Source: Candidatus Omnitrophota bacterium (GTDB lineage: Bacteria; Omnitrophota; Gorgyraeia; Zapsychrales; Fredricksoniimonadaceae). From it: DNA of 64,000 bases. The notes beneath the pieces are model-generated. The model saw nothing but the letters and a program-made list of their open reading frames with translations, was not told the origin of the DNA and made no database searches. The position numbers and the translations under genes are program-made. Positions 9,780 to 20,897 of this stretch are shown here, in pieces. Numbering within the stretch: the first letter of the stretch is position 1; each line of letters starts with the position of its first letter. Location of the stretch: NCBI GenBank assembly GCA_963828495.1, contig CAWHFJ010000016.1, positions 85,353-149,352 on the forward strand, given 5' to 3'.

Positions 9780-10472
9780 TCACCTAGGAATGGCTTCGAG
9801 TTTATCGGAAGATTTGATAGTGAGCGCAAAAATATCGGAAAAAGGCAGATCGCTCAGCCAGCTATCCATGACCAAAATATCTTTGAGGGCCTGCGTCGGC
9901 CTGGGATTAATAAACCACATATGATACATGTTGCAGTCCGGGCGCATCGGATTGCGACCGCTGGATTTTATATTGGCCCCGTCTTTAGACCATGCGATCG
10001 AAGGCAGATAAAACCAATCCCAAAACACGGGTACTGACAAGGATTTATAAACACCGTCCTGATACACAAACATGACCGTTATGGTGGAATAAAAATACTT
10101 GTCTCCAAAAAAATGCAGCAAAGAATCGTGCGTGTAACTATTGCTATAACTGCCCGATGCCAAGAAATGCACTTGGTCTACTCTCATGCCGGAACGTATG
10201 GGGATCTTGAACAAATGACCGTCTTGCAAATTCAGCCTGCCATAATCCTGCCAATTGTCCGCCCCTTGCACTAAAAAATCGACCCCGTCGTAGGTCAAAT
10301 ATTTGCCGGGGAACTTATTAGCGCCGGGCGCAATCGCGCTAAAATTCTCTCTGGTATTTTTAGCCAGAAAATAATAATTCCCCTGGGATTCCCACTGCGG
10401 GATGGCGCCCCAGGCAACCCCTAAGCTCAAAAAAATCATGACGAGCCAACAAAGTACTTTTTTTGTAATCAT
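9780..10472 (-). CDS. Hypothetical exported protein
   Basis: The likely start is ATG 10472 (MITKKVLCWLVMIFLSLGVAWGA, a signal peptide); the longer ORF to 10628 overlaps the kinase gene. I recognise no motif. Confidence 0.5.
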   Translation of the reverse strand: MITKKVLCWLVMIFLSLGVAWGAIPQWESQGNYYFLAKNTRENFSAIAPGANKFPGKYLTYDGVDFLVQGADNWQDYGRLNLQDGHLFKIPIRSGMRVDQVHFLASGSYSNSYTHDSLLHFFGDKYFYSTITVMFVYQDGVYKSLSVPVFWDWFYLPSIAWSKDGANIKSSGRNPMRPDCNMYHMWFINPRPTQALKDILVMDSWLSDLPFSDIFALTIKSSDKLEAIPR

Positions 10473-10536
10473 GCGGGAATTATAGGCCAGAATATCAACA
10501 AAAGCAACGGGAAGGTTGGCTCTTTTAAAAATAATC

Positions 10537-12334
10537 CTACTGTATAGGCAACATAACGGTAAACGTTGTCCCCATCCCCACTTGGGATTGGACATTGATG
10601 GCCCCGCCATATTTTTTGACGATTTCATAACTGATGCTTAGCCCCAGCCCTGTCCCTTGCCCGACAGGTTTTGTGCTAAAAAATGGGTCAAATATCTTTT
10701 TAAGATTCTCTTTCGGGATCCCTTTGCCCGTATCCCTCACCTCAACACACACATAATGGTCCTGTTGATAGGTCCGTATTTCTATGACCCCTTTATTCTC
10801 TATCGCTTGAACGGCATTAATCAATAGATTAATGAAAACTTGCCCCATTTTATGGGCACTGCAGTGGACTAAGGGTGTCGTCCCATAATTTTTCTTAAGG
10901 TCCGCCTTATATTTAATTTCGTTATGCACAATATTTAAAACACTGTCAATGACCTCTTCAATCTGTACGGAACTCACCTCTCCCTGGTCTTCATGGGAAA
11001 ATATTTTTAAATCTCTAATAATGGTTTTGATCCTTTCAACCCCTTCTCGAGTATGCGCAAAAAGCCCATCCATATCATTGACAATATACTCCAGGTTCAC
11101 ACTCTTTTGATACAGCTTTATTTCCTCTAAAATGCCTTTAGCCTTATTTATATCCCCATCCTCGAAACAATGCCTTAGACCCTCTACCTTTTTCAACATA
11201 TCCGTATAGACCTTGATATAACTTTCTAACACGTCGATGTTACTGCCGATAAACCCCATGGGATTATTAATCTCATGCGCCACCCCTGCGGCCAACTGAC
11301 CAACGGATGCCATCCTATCGGATTGAATGAGTTGGGCTTGAGCCGTCTTTAAGTCATCGTAAACTTTTTGCTGTGCGTCCCACAGATACAAAATGAGTAA
11401 AATAAGAAGAAGACCCAAAACAGAAAAGATGCCATAAAAAATAGCGATCCTGAACAATATCTGGTCACGTTGGGCGAACGCCATCTGCAACGGCTGCGTG
11501 ACAACGGCCACCCAGCCGAACTCATCGATCCTCTGCAAAGCCGAAAACTTCCATTTCTGCTCGAAAAAATTATACTCCTTTTTCACCACGCCGTGACCCT
11601 GCAATGCTTCACCCACGACATGCATAGAAGAAAAATCAGCTATATTGGTCTGAAAGGAAAAAAGAGGATGATAAACGATATGTCCCTTTTGGTCGAGGAT
11701 GTAAAAGATCTCCTCTTTGTCCAATCCCATATTTTTGGTGATTTTGGCAAAATTGTTCGCTTGAATCTGCAAGACAAGAATGCCAATGGTCGTATTCCCT
11801 GATTTGATCGGTATCGCAATATCAACTACCTTTGTTCTCGGTATGCTATCGCGTATAAACACTGTACTGACATACGGCTGCCAGGTCTTACTCACCCCCT
11901 TATACCAGTCTGTGTAGTTTCGCTTTGTTCCTACGGCGTTGCCCAGATGCGGCAAATCTGCCCGAATGACCGATTGGAGATCGGCTAAAAAAATACGGTC
12001 AACCAGGGGTAAATTTTCCGGAATGTCTTGTACAATAGTGATAGCGCCATCCCAATCTCCCCCGCTGATTTTCTCAACAAGGAGCGGGCGGTTGGCCAAA
12101 GAAAGCCCCAGGGTCTCTGATCCCATCGATCCTTTCATGGACCAACGTGGCACCCAACAGACTCAAAGATTTCTTGTGCTCGATCTCGGTGTTGGTCAAC
12201 GCACGGGAAGTAGTCTGATAACCGACAAACACAGCCAGAGCAACCATAAAAACAAGAATAAGGAAAAAACCCACGCGCAGCCGGGTGCTGAATTTTGTTT
12301 TTATTAAAAATAAGTCACGTAGCCTCTTTATCAT
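10537..12334 (-). pseudogene. Sensor histidine kinase with two TM segments, an extracytoplasmic sensor domain, and HisKA plus HATPase_c domains; frameshifted as assembled
   Basis: H-box AAGVAHEINNPMG; N/G boxes [24 protein letters not shown]. The N-terminal TM segment (ORF 12074-12334) joins the main ORF near 12111-12124 (...ATLVHERIDGI / ETLGLSLANRPLLVEK). Confidence 0.85.
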
Positions 12335-12347
12335 GTCGGGCCTCCCT

Positions 12348-13139
12348 TTACGCTCCCCGTCCCTTTAGCACTTCCTCAACCGCCTCAAGCAAATCCTTAG
12401 GATCAACAAATTCAACAAAACGGTCTATCCCTTCTTTTTCCCCGATTTTTTGGGAGATAGTATGCCTTTGAGCATTTTTTGCTGTATACAAAACATATTT
12501 CACATTCATGGTTTTGGCCATCCTTTTTAATTTGAAAATCACCGAATCCCCGGAAATATCAACTAATCCCCATTGCACCAAAACTACATCGGGCACTGTA
12601 TGAGAGACCCGTTTAATACCCTCCGTACCGTTTTGTGCCGGATTAACAATATAACCGGCATTTAAGAAAACAGATCCGATTTTGTCCAACATTTCAAGAT
12701 CATTCTCGATAATACATATTTCACTTGGTTCTCGCGCCCCTAATAATGCTGTTCCAACCCCGGCATTTGATTTTTTTTGGATTATGATTTCAACCTCATG
12801 AAGTAAATCAGCAATTTCAAACGGCTTAGTCATAAATCCATCAATATCCAATTGTTTAAAAAGCTGCTCCATATTGGCACGGGCGGTCAACACCAAAACC
12901 GGATAGCTTGGGCGATCTGTACCCTGACAAATTCTTTGATAAAATTCCACCCCTCCCATTTTGGGCATGTTCATATCAAGGATAATTAAATCCGGTTTTA
13001 CTGTTTCCAATCGGGCTAAACCCTCAATCCCATTAATAGCCGTTTCGACATGATACCCTTTTGACTCCAAGGCAATTTTTACCAACTGCAGCAAATCCTC
13101 CTCATCATCGATTAATAATATTGTCTTTGCGCTGTTCAC
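12348..13139 (-). CDS. Response regulator with a canonical receiver domain plus a second, degenerate receiver-like domain
   Basis: REC1: ILLIDDEEDL...LIILDMNMPKMGG...LTAR...KPF. The second half is REC-like, but Gln replaces the phospho-acceptor residue (DVVLVQWGL). Confidence 0.8.
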   Translation of the reverse strand: MNSAKTILLIDDEEDLLQLVKIALESKGYHVETAINGIEGLARLETVKPDLIILDMNMPKMGGVEFYQRICQGTDRPSYPVLVLTARANMEQLFKQLDIDGFMTKPFEIADLLHEVEIIIQKKSNAGVGTALLGAREPSEICIIENDLEMLDKIGSVFLNAGYIVNPAQNGTEGIKRVSHTVPDVVLVQWGLVDISGDSVIFKLKRMAKTMNVKYVLYTAKNAQRHTISQKIGEKEGIDRFVEFVDPKDLLEAVEEVLKGRGA

Positions 13140-13183
13140 GATGGTATCCTCCGTTTTTGTAAAGGTTTCACAATGCGCTATCC

Positions 13184-15149
13184 TTAAACTAATGCCGGTA
13201 CATCAATGATCAAAGCGACTTTCCCTGAGCCTAAAATGGTTGCGCCGCCGATGCCTTTGATCCTGGTTAAATTCTTGTCCAATGCTTTGACAATCATATC
13301 TTGCTGATTGCCCAGTCCATCCACCAGTAAACCCGCGGTCTTATTGTTGACGTTAACGACGAGAACAGGCCTATTTTCAGAAAGCCCTTCTGGGGGAAGG
13401 CAATCATCCCCCTTGAATCCCAATTCATCCCGCAGACAAATAAGCGGAATGCTTTGATTGCCATCAACAAGGACTTTTTTGTGATCAATGATTTTAATGG
13501 ATTCACCCGTTCCATAAACTATTTTCACTATATTAACGACGGGAATGGCGTATATTTGATGGTGGATCTCGACCATAAGGCCTTGGAGTATGGTCATGCT
13601 CACCGGAAGACTTATGCTGAAGGTGGAACCCATCAAAGGACGCGTCTCAATGGCAAAAGAGCCGCCGAGGCGTTGGAGGTTTTTTTTGACGATATCCATC
13701 CCCACCCCTCGCCCTGAAGTTTGTGTCACTTCTTCGGCAGTCGAAAACCCCGGAGCCACAATCAGCATCACGGCCTCTTGGTCACTCAGGCTTAATGCTT
13801 CCTCATCCGTTATCAATCCCATGCTCACAGCCTTGGTTTTGAGGCGTTGAATATCCATCCCGTTGCCGTCATCCGTCAATCTCGATTAATACCCTGCCCC
13901 TTTCTTTCCTGATTTGAATTTTAATGAGCCCTGAAGGGTCCTTTCCTTTTTGCTGACGGATGGCGGGTAGCTCGATGCCATGGTCAACACAATTGCGTAA
14001 AATATGGACTAACGGATCTTTGATCTCATCCAAAATAACCCGATCTAACCCTATCTCTGCCCCCACAATTTCTAAATTAACCTGTTTGCCTTCGCTCTTG
14101 GCCAAGTCCCTGACCATGCGCGGAAAATGGTCACAGATCGTTGCCATAGGAAAAAGACGTACATTCATGACTTGGGTTTGTAATTCAGACATCAATCGGT
14201 GCATAACTGACAAATGGTCCGAAAAATCCACATTTCCCGCCCTTTGAGCTATCGTTTCCAATTGCATTTTGTTAATGACCAATTCTCCGACTAAATTAAC
14301 AATAGTGTCTAATTGTTCTACAGACACGCGAATACTCTGCACTGAAGAAGCCATGCCTGGCGGGCTTGGAGTGCTTGCAGCAGCCTTGAGTGGCTCGGCC
14401 GGCATGAGTTGGAAATCAACAAACTCCACATCCTGAATAGACTCAATCTCCTTCTTGATGTCCTCGATGTGGCCTTTGGTCATGAAAAAAACAACAAAAC
14501 TCTTACCAAATTGGGCATTTTTGATTTGATTGTGGACATAGGCCTCATTAAGAATTTTTCCCGCTTCTTGCAAAACCTTTAAAATGACGAAGGACCTGGC
14601 TTCAGGCATCGCACAATCTTTATTAAGGACTATTTTAGTAATATAGGTGCCGATCCCTTCCAGGGCGGCTTTGGCAATAACAATTTTATCGTCATCATTA
14701 ATGCGCACCATCCGCCTTTCCGCGAAAGGGTCGGCCTGAATTTTTATTGAATCTGCTACGCTAGATGTCATTTTATTTAATCTCTTGACCACATCATCAA
14801 TTTTATCTGTGGCAACCCCAACAGAGGGGTCTTGTGATCCCGCTTGAGCGACTAACCGGGCCAACGCATCAAATGCCTCAAAGAGAACAGAGCAGATTTC
14901 CTGATCGACTCTGGATGGATTTCCCCGCAAAGCATCCAGCAGGTTTTCCATCTCATGGGATAATCGCACGATCTGGGGGTAGTTCATCGTTGCGGCCATG
15001 CCTTTTAAAGTATGGGCCATCCGGAAAATTTCATTCAAAATATCCACGGATGAAGGGGTTTTCTCCAGTTGGACAAGTAAATTATTCAACGATTGAAGTG
15101 TCTCGATCGCTTCGCTCTTAAAAAGATCCTGGTATTGAGAGGCGTCCAT
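13184..15149 (-). pseudogene. cheA: Chemotaxis histidine kinase CheA (Hpt, dimerisation, HATPase and CheW-like domains), frameshifted as assembled
   Basis: Hpt motif FRMAHTLKGMAATM; IRVSVEQLDTIVNLVGELV; DPLVHILRNCVDHGIE; then DDGNGMD...GRGVGMDIVKKNL and a CheW-like tail. The two ORFs join at ~13872-13880 (...RVLIEI / TDDGNGMD). Confidence 0.9.
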
Positions 15150-15154
15150 AGTCT

Positions 15155-15520
15155 TTACTCTTTTAATATCCTTTTTATTTCAGCAATAACAGCATTGGCT
15201 TCGAAAGGCTTGAGCAAAAAACCTTTGGCTCCCGCCTGAAGGGCATCGACGACCATAGCTTGCTTGCCCATGGCTGTCACCATCAACACTTTAGCATTAC
15301 GGTCCAAATTAATGATGTCTCTGAGCACTTCCAAACCAGTCTGGCCTGTCATCACTACGTCCATCGTGACTAAATCAGGAAGCAATTCTTTAAATTTCCC
15401 CATAGCTTGCTGGCCATTTTCAGCCTCACCAACAACCTCATAGCCATTAGTCGTTAAGATATCGCGTAATGCCATACGCATAAAAGCTGAATCATCAACA
15501 ATAAGAATTCTTTTACCCAC
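15155..15520 (-). CDS. cheY: CheY-like single-domain response regulator
   Basis: 121 aa with ILIVDDSAFMR...LVTMDVVMTGQTG...VTAMG...LLKPF. Confidence 0.85.
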   Translation of the reverse strand: MGKRILIVDDSAFMRMALRDILTTNGYEVVGEAENGQQAMGKFKELLPDLVTMDVVMTGQTGLEVLRDIINLDRNAKVLMVTAMGKQAMVVDALQAGAKGFLLKPFEANAVIAEIKRILKE

Positions 15521-15899
15521 TTTGACTTTTCCCCCCTAATATCCGCTCTACAGTTCTAATGACCAGATCTTCTTGGAACGGCTTTACTATAAAATCACAA
15601 GCACCTGCGGTGAGCATTTCGGTAATAACGGATTGCCGGCCAAGGGAAGAAATCATAAGGATCTTCGCCTGTGGGTTCTGGTGCATAATGCCCCGGATAG
15701 CCCCTAAAGTATCGATCCCCGATTCTTGCGGCATCTCAATGTCCAGAGTCATTAAATCCGGTTTTAAAACACTAAACTTCTCCATAGCCTCTTTGGCGTT
15801 GGGCCCTTCTCCGACAATCTCATGCCCTCCAGCGACAAGAATATCGATTAACAATTTACGCATAAACAGTGCGTCATCAACAATAAGGATCCGGGCCAT
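15513..15899 (-). CDS. Second CheY-like single-domain response regulator
   Basis: 128 aa with ILIVDDALFMR...LMTLDIEMPQESG...ISSLG...IVKPF. It overlaps the next cheY by 8 nt. Confidence 0.85.
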   Translation of the reverse strand: MARILIVDDALFMRKLLIDILVAGGHEIVGEGPNAKEAMEKFSVLKPDLMTLDIEMPQESGIDTLGAIRGIMHQNPQAKILMISSLGRQSVITEMLTAGACDFIVKPFQEDLVIRTVERILGGKSQSG

Positions 15900-15906
15900 A
15901 TACCCC

Positions 15907-16267
15907 CTATATAAATTTTGAAAAAATCTTCTCTATATCCAATATAACCATCGACTTCCCATCCGCCGGGACCTTAACCACATCAAACCTGTCCACCACA
16001 AACCCAAAAACTCTTTTTCTTAATTCAATAAAAATGATCCGGGCGGTTTTGGGCATTTCTGCCATAGGCGTACAACAAAACTGCCCGGTCCCAATTGACC
16101 ACGACAATAACTTGGCCTCGTAAATTGACCACCCCTCTAATAAAACCCTCAGGATCATTGATCACCGTCATATCCATCACTCCGGTGATCTCACGGATAT
16201 AGGCGATTTCAACCCCAAACTCTTCCTCATGCAGGCGAAAAATCACCACCTCAATGGCCTGAGTCAT
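15907..16267 (-). pseudogene. cheW: CheW-like coupling protein (short), frameshifted as assembled
   Basis: VVIFRLHEEEFGVEIAYIREI...GVVNLRGQVIVVVN in one frame, then ...TARIIFIELRKRVFGFVVDRFDVVKV...ILDIEKIF in the next. The junction is near 16086-16096. Its ATG overlaps the MCP stop (ATGA). Confidence 0.75.
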
Positions 16268-17391
16268 AACTGTTTAACCAACTCTTGTAAGTCGTGCGCC
16301 ATCTGCTCCATTTGTCGGGCCGCAGAAGATAATTGCTGTTTGACAATAGCTGTCTTTTCCTCAATGGAGGTGTCGGTATCCTGAGAGGCCACAACCTCTT
16401 CTTCCGCTGTCGTGGCCACCTGCACAATGGATTTAAAAACAATGCTGACGGATTCTCGAGTATCCTTGGCCACCCGGTCAATTTGATTAATAACCGTACT
16501 TACATCCGTTATTTTTTGAACGATCTGTTCAAATGAATTATCCGCTTGCAAGACCGCTTCCTTGCCGTCATGGACAAATTTATAAACATTCTTCATCGAT
16601 TCTACTGTCCCGGAAATTTCGGTATTAACGCTTTTGATCAAAGTACTGATCCCTTCTGCCGCTTGAGCGGAATTTTCCGCTAATTTGCGCACTTCTTCAG
16701 CCACTACGGCAAACCCTCTACCGGCTTCCCCGGCACGCGCAGCCTCTATGGAAGCATTTAAGGACAATAGATTGGTTTGTTCGGCAATGTGTGTAATCAC
16801 TTTCACAATATTGCCGATCTGGTCGGATTGCTGGCCCAAATGTTGCACCAAATTGGAAGAATCCGTTGATGAGGTATATATACTGTTCATGACTTCAATG
16901 GTCTTCCTGGATTTCTCGCGACCAACAAGAGCGTATTTCGACGATTCATCCGTGACTTTTAAAGCCTCGGTGGTGCATCCATAAAATGTGTCCACATTTT
17001 TGTTAAGACGGGACACTTCGATGGATACGTGCTGGACTTTTTCCGCCTGTTTTTCCATCCCTTGAGCGATTTGTCGGGAGCCAGCGGAAATTTTTTCTTT
17101 AACAGCATCCACGGCAGGGTTGGCTGATGCAAGGCCCCCGCTGAGATTAACCATTTGCTGGGCATAATTTCTCACATGAATGACAATTTTATTTAACTCT
17201 TTGACGATGTCCCTGACCAATAAAAAAGCTATCATCACCATCACCATAAGAATACAGTCGGTTACGATCATGGTCTGCCCATTTCTCAGTGCGCCCATGA
17301 CCTGATAGGCACAAAGGCCGACAAACAAAATCGCTACCAGGCCAAAACTTAAGAATATTTTCTTGCGTATGAACATTACAATCCTTTCCAT
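16264..17391 (-). CDS. Methyl-accepting chemotaxis protein with a minimal extracytoplasmic loop
   Basis: Signalling hairpin [39 protein letters not shown]. Two N-terminal TM segments are separated by about 7 residues, and no recognisable ligand-binding domain is present. Confidence 0.9.
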   Translation of the reverse strand: MERIVMFIRKKIFLSFGLVAILFVGLCAYQVMGALRNGQTMIVTDCILMVMVMIAFLLVRDIVKELNKIVIHVRNYAQQMVNLSGGLASANPAVDAVKEKISAGSRQIAQGMEKQAEKVQHVSIEVSRLNKNVDTFYGCTTEALKVTDESSKYALVGREKSRKTIEVMNSIYTSSTDSSNLVQHLGQQSDQIGNIVKVITHIAEQTNLLSLNASIEAARAGEAGRGFAVVAEEVRKLAENSAQAAEGISTLIKSVNTEISGTVESMKNVYKFVHDGKEAVLQADNSFEQIVQKITDVSTVINQIDRVAKDTRESVSIVFKSIVQVATTAEEEVVASQDTDTSIEEKTAIVKQQLSSAARQMEQMAHDLQELVKQL

Positions 17392-17424
17392 TGATCTTAA
17401 ATGTACCCGGCATCAATCATAAGA

Positions 17425-18312
17425 TCAATTTTGCCGCAACATAAGAACAATGTCCTTTGTCCCATCAAAAAGAACAACCTCGCCCGGTCTGATGGCCTTG
17501 ACCGTTGACGAGCCGACGACAGAGCCGATTGTAACAACTAGATCATTGATAATGGCACTGGGCTTTTGTTCATTCCAGAATATCCCGCTTAAATCATATG
17601 TCACGACACTTGTATTGTCTTTTTTCCCCTCTTCTTTTTTAACTATCCGGCGAGGCATAGAAGTATCATCAAACGGATTACGTTCACCCCAAGCCATGGC
17701 GGTTTTCACGGGGGCCTGGGTCATAGCATACGCCTTGATCAAAGAAAGCACTTGCTTGTGGGAGACCGATGAGGCCTTGCCTTCCTTCTTTGATGGGAAT
17801 GCCGATTTTAAACAAATATACATATGTATTTTGGCTTTTAATTTGTCAGGTTCTTGCGTGTCCCTCATTATTTGAAAACTATCAATCAGGACAATCCCTC
17901 GAGTGAGATCATTTAAAGCTCCTAAAAACCACCCCCATTGTTTATATGTCGTTCGTATTTCCAGATCGATAGGTAGTGTATTGATCTTTTTATAAGACAA
18001 TTTACTTTTATCCTGGTTAACCACTGACAAAAAAGTTATGGCGTGGGCATTGCCAAGATCTGTGATCTCTTGCATAACGATGGCAGCGTCATTCAACGCA
18101 ACCAACGACGCCTCAGAACGATTGTGATCCCGGGTCTTTATGAAGTCATCGATGAGCCCCGCATCTTTGACTAAAATACTCTCCCGGCTATCAAACCCCT
18201 GGGCGCGATACATCATGGGCAAAAGCACCAACAGGATGACGGCGGCGGCCCCCAGCAGGGTCACGGTCACAATCAAGGCAATCTGTTCATTAATCATCTT
18301 CCCCATGTTCAT
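17425..18312 (-). CDS. PilO/PilP-like (GspM/GspC-like) assembly protein
   Basis: N-terminal TM segment. The C-terminus YDLSGIFWNEQKPSAIINDLVVTIGSVVGSSTVKAIRPGEVVLF matches the PilP/GspC-type beta-domain pattern (L.GI....P.AiIng..v..Gd.i.g..V..I....V.l). It overlaps the PilMN gene by 4 nt. Confidence 0.5.
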   Translation of the reverse strand: MNMGKMINEQIALIVTVTLLGAAAVILLVLLPMMYRAQGFDSRESILVKDAGLIDDFIKTRDHNRSEASLVALNDAAIVMQEITDLGNAHAITFLSVVNQDKSKLSYKKINTLPIDLEIRTTYKQWGWFLGALNDLTRGIVLIDSFQIMRDTQEPDKLKAKIHMYICLKSAFPSKKEGKASSVSHKQVLSLIKAYAMTQAPVKTAMAWGERNPFDDTSMPRRIVKKEEGKKDNTSVVTYDLSGIFWNEQKPSAIINDLVVTIGSVVGSSTVKAIRPGEVVLFDGTKDIVLMLRQN

Positions 18313-19934
18313 TCTTTCACCGCCTCAACGCTGGCCACAATTTCAAACTCAAATTTATCCGCTTCATCTTTGACTTTTTTCAAAAGCTTCAAGTGGGCGT
18401 CTTTTAAGGAATTTTCCCGTAAACTTAAAATAAAATGGGCTAATGTGGCTTGAGAACCCGCCTCTAACAAGGCCACCCCTTTGATATGTAGCTGATGATC
18501 GCTTAAATTTAATTCGTCCAGATAAATAGCCCGAGGCATATGACTAAAGACTTTAAAAATTTCTCCCCAGGCAGGCCTCCCTTCCTTTAACTGACGCACG
18601 GCCAAGATATCTCGGACTTGCGTCAAGCGAGGCGCCAATTGCTGATCTTTAACCCTGAGCTGTTGGTCCTTGAGTTGAATCTGATTACTTAAAAATAGTA
18701 AAACAGCCGTTATCATGACTATGATGGCTATTATTAATGCTTTTAAGGGCCCCGCTTCGATGCGACGTTGCTTTTTCTTGCCTAATCCCCTTGATAATAA
18801 ATTAATCCCCTGTAGCCTCCCCAAAGCTGCCCCAATAGCCAAGACCTGTTTCGAAGCGTCATCCGTATTGATCAAGGATGGGTCAAGCACATCTATCCCC
18901 TCAAGAAGATTACTACATGTCACTCCCAACCCCAGATGACCGCTTAAAAATTCATCCAGTCTTTTTAATCGGGATGCCTCTCCAACAAGCAGTAGGCGAT
19001 CAACCTTGCTCCCTTGTAATTCTTCCCGGTAATAATCAAAAGACCTGTTGATCTCCGTGGCGAGCCCTTCGATCTTGGGGGCCATCAACATAAGAATCTG
19101 TGGGGAGGTGATTTTGGCGTTGATGAGTATTGGTTCATCGGGCTTGGGGATACCGTATTCTTTCACGATCTCTTGCGCCTCCCCAAGGGTCAACTCCGTT
19201 TTTCCTGTATCCGAAAAAAAAGTCCCGGTCATACTTTGGATAACATCCTCTGCGGTCATGGATAATTTACGGGAAAATTCCAAATGAGAATTGCGATAAA
19301 TAGCCAGCTCGGTCAGAGTTGATTGCAATACTATGACGGCCAATGTTTCGTCGGTCTTCAATTGGGACCTGCCGATCAGATTCTCCAAGGCGATCGCGGC
19401 GGGAATGCAGGAAGCCACCTTGATGTGAGCTGCCACAAACAGACCTTGCATCCTTTCAATAGTTTTACCGGGGACCACCGCCACCAAAACGTTATACCGT
19501 TCCTTCCCCTGATGAGAAAACTTATTGACCAACCGAAAATCCAGGACAGCTTCATCTAAAGAAAACGGAAAGGCATTCTTGAGTGCCAATTGCACCGCTG
19601 GGCCTAATTCCTCCAACGGCATGAGGGGTGTCGTGATCTTTCTGACAAAAACTTGCGGATCATGGAATGTACAAATAATGGTCGCAGCCCGAAGAGAAAA
19701 GCCGGATAGAACACCCTTTAATGCCGATGCGATTGCCGCATCTGCAAGCACCCCCTCTTTTAGGCTGATGGTTTGCCCAGCGGTCCTAATGAGTGTCGAA
19801 CGCCCTTTATAATTGACTACCTGCGCGGCATTTACCGAAGATGTGTCGATATGCAAACCGATCACGGATTTACCTGTGCCTAATTTGCTCTGAAGTAAAG
19901 CCACATCGGGTTTCATATTGAATTGAGCCCCCAA
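18309..19934 (-). CDS. PilM-PilN fusion (actin-like ATPase-fold assembly protein plus a TM/PilN-like C-terminal region; analogue of GspL/GspM)
   Basis: 541 aa. PilM-like N-terminus (VIGLHIDTSSVNAAQV...), a TM segment (ALIIAIIVMITAVLLFL), then a coiled-coil and PilN-like tail. Confidence 0.7.
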   Translation of the reverse strand: MGAQFNMKPDVALLQSKLGTGKSVIGLHIDTSSVNAAQVVNYKGRSTLIRTAGQTISLKEGVLADAAIASALKGVLSGFSLRAATIICTFHDPQVFVRKITTPLMPLEELGPAVQLALKNAFPFSLDEAVLDFRLVNKFSHQGKERYNVLVAVVPGKTIERMQGLFVAAHIKVASCIPAAIALENLIGRSQLKTDETLAVIVLQSTLTELAIYRNSHLEFSRKLSMTAEDVIQSMTGTFFSDTGKTELTLGEAQEIVKEYGIPKPDEPILINAKITSPQILMLMAPKIEGLATEINRSFDYYREELQGSKVDRLLLVGEASRLKRLDEFLSGHLGLGVTCSNLLEGIDVLDPSLINTDDASKQVLAIGAALGRLQGINLLSRGLGKKKQRRIEAGPLKALIIAIIVMITAVLLFLSNQIQLKDQQLRVKDQQLAPRLTQVRDILAVRQLKEGRPAWGEIFKVFSHMPRAIYLDELNLSDHQLHIKGVALLEAGSQATLAHFILSLRENSLKDAHLKLLKKVKDEADKFEFEIVASVEAVKE

Positions 19935-20380
19935 CTGCCCGCAACGGCAGTTAACGTTCTTGAGGCCGGCGGGGTGAAAGTGATATTTTCCTGCTGATGG
20001 ACAAGGCAGGTGTTGCCATTATAAACACCGCTGGAGACAATTTCGATGGCGCCACTAGCATCCTGTACCCAAATAGTATAACTGCCTCCCCCAAAAGATT
20101 CCTGTTGAGGATCGTTAGAATTCAGGCCGGGTGCCGTCGGATACGCAAGAGTACGCCAGGAGCCATCCGTGGTATTGTCAGGAGCTATATTGAGCAAATA
20201 CCAAGCCGCTTTATTTAAACCGGCTTCGGCAATATACAAAGCATGCACACCGTTAGATCGGCTATTGACTAAGACGGTGTCATATCTGATCATGGCAAGA
20301 TACGCCATGGTTAAGACAACTGAGGTTGTCATAAATAAAAATGTCAAGATCAATACGCTCCCCTTATTTTTCTTCATCAC
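19913..20380 (-). CDS. GspK/PilX-like minor pseudopilin
   Basis: 155 aa with a hydrophobic N-terminus (SVLILTFLFMTTSVVLTMAYLAM) followed by ALYIAEAGLNKAAWYL, the pattern seen in GspK/PilX N-terminal domains. It lacks the G-F-T-L-x-E cleavage motif. Confidence 0.5.
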   Translation of the reverse strand: MMKKNKGSVLILTFLFMTTSVVLTMAYLAMIRYDTVLVNSRSNGVHALYIAEAGLNKAAWYLLNIAPDNTTDGSWRTLAYPTAPGLNSNDPQQESFGGGSYTIWVQDASGAIEIVSSGVYNGNTCLVHQQENITFTPPASRTLTAVAGSWGLNSI

Positions 20381-20889
20381 AAATTCCTGGGCCTGATGCT
20401 GGTCGTCATCGTGACCTGCTCGGCACCCCTTCGGGCAGTCAAATTAATGCTAATGACCTTACCCGTCATGACGAATGGCGGGCTCGATGGTTGAGCGATA
20501 TCAGAAGACAAAACAACTCCCTGGCCATCATTAACCACACCCTGGGCAGAGAGCAAACTGTATGTGCTTTGAGTATAAGGCGGCGGCTGGGGATCATTCA
20601 CATTGTATAAATACAGACGATAACTATTACTACCATTGCCCAGATCGGCGCTGAAAGTAATGCTGCTTTCTGTAAAGGCATCAATGCTTTGAGCTTGGAG
20701 CAACCTATTGGTCATTAATGCCAACGCTTGTGACAGACGGCCTCGGATAACAGAACGCGTGTAAGTTTCATTCCATGATTTGAAATGCAAATTATAAACA
20801 AAAGCGATCGTGATCGTAAGAATGGCCATCATACAGGTGGCCACGATCAATTCCACCAAAGTTGTGCTTTTGCGGTTGTTGATCTCCAC
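20377..20889 (-). CDS. Minor pseudopilin with a prepilin-type N-terminal cleavage/methylation domain
   Basis: N-terminus KSTTLVELIVATCMMAILTITIAFVY; 170 aa; sits in the position of GspJ/PilW. Confidence 0.7.
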   Translation of the reverse strand: MEINNRKSTTLVELIVATCMMAILTITIAFVYNLHFKSWNETYTRSVIRGRLSQALALMTNRLLQAQSIDAFTESSITFSADLGNGSNSYRLYLYNVNDPQPPPYTQSTYSLLSAQGVVNDGQGVVLSSDIAQPSSPPFVMTGKVISINLTARRGAEQVTMTTSIRPRNL

Positions 20890-20897
20890 GTTATTCT

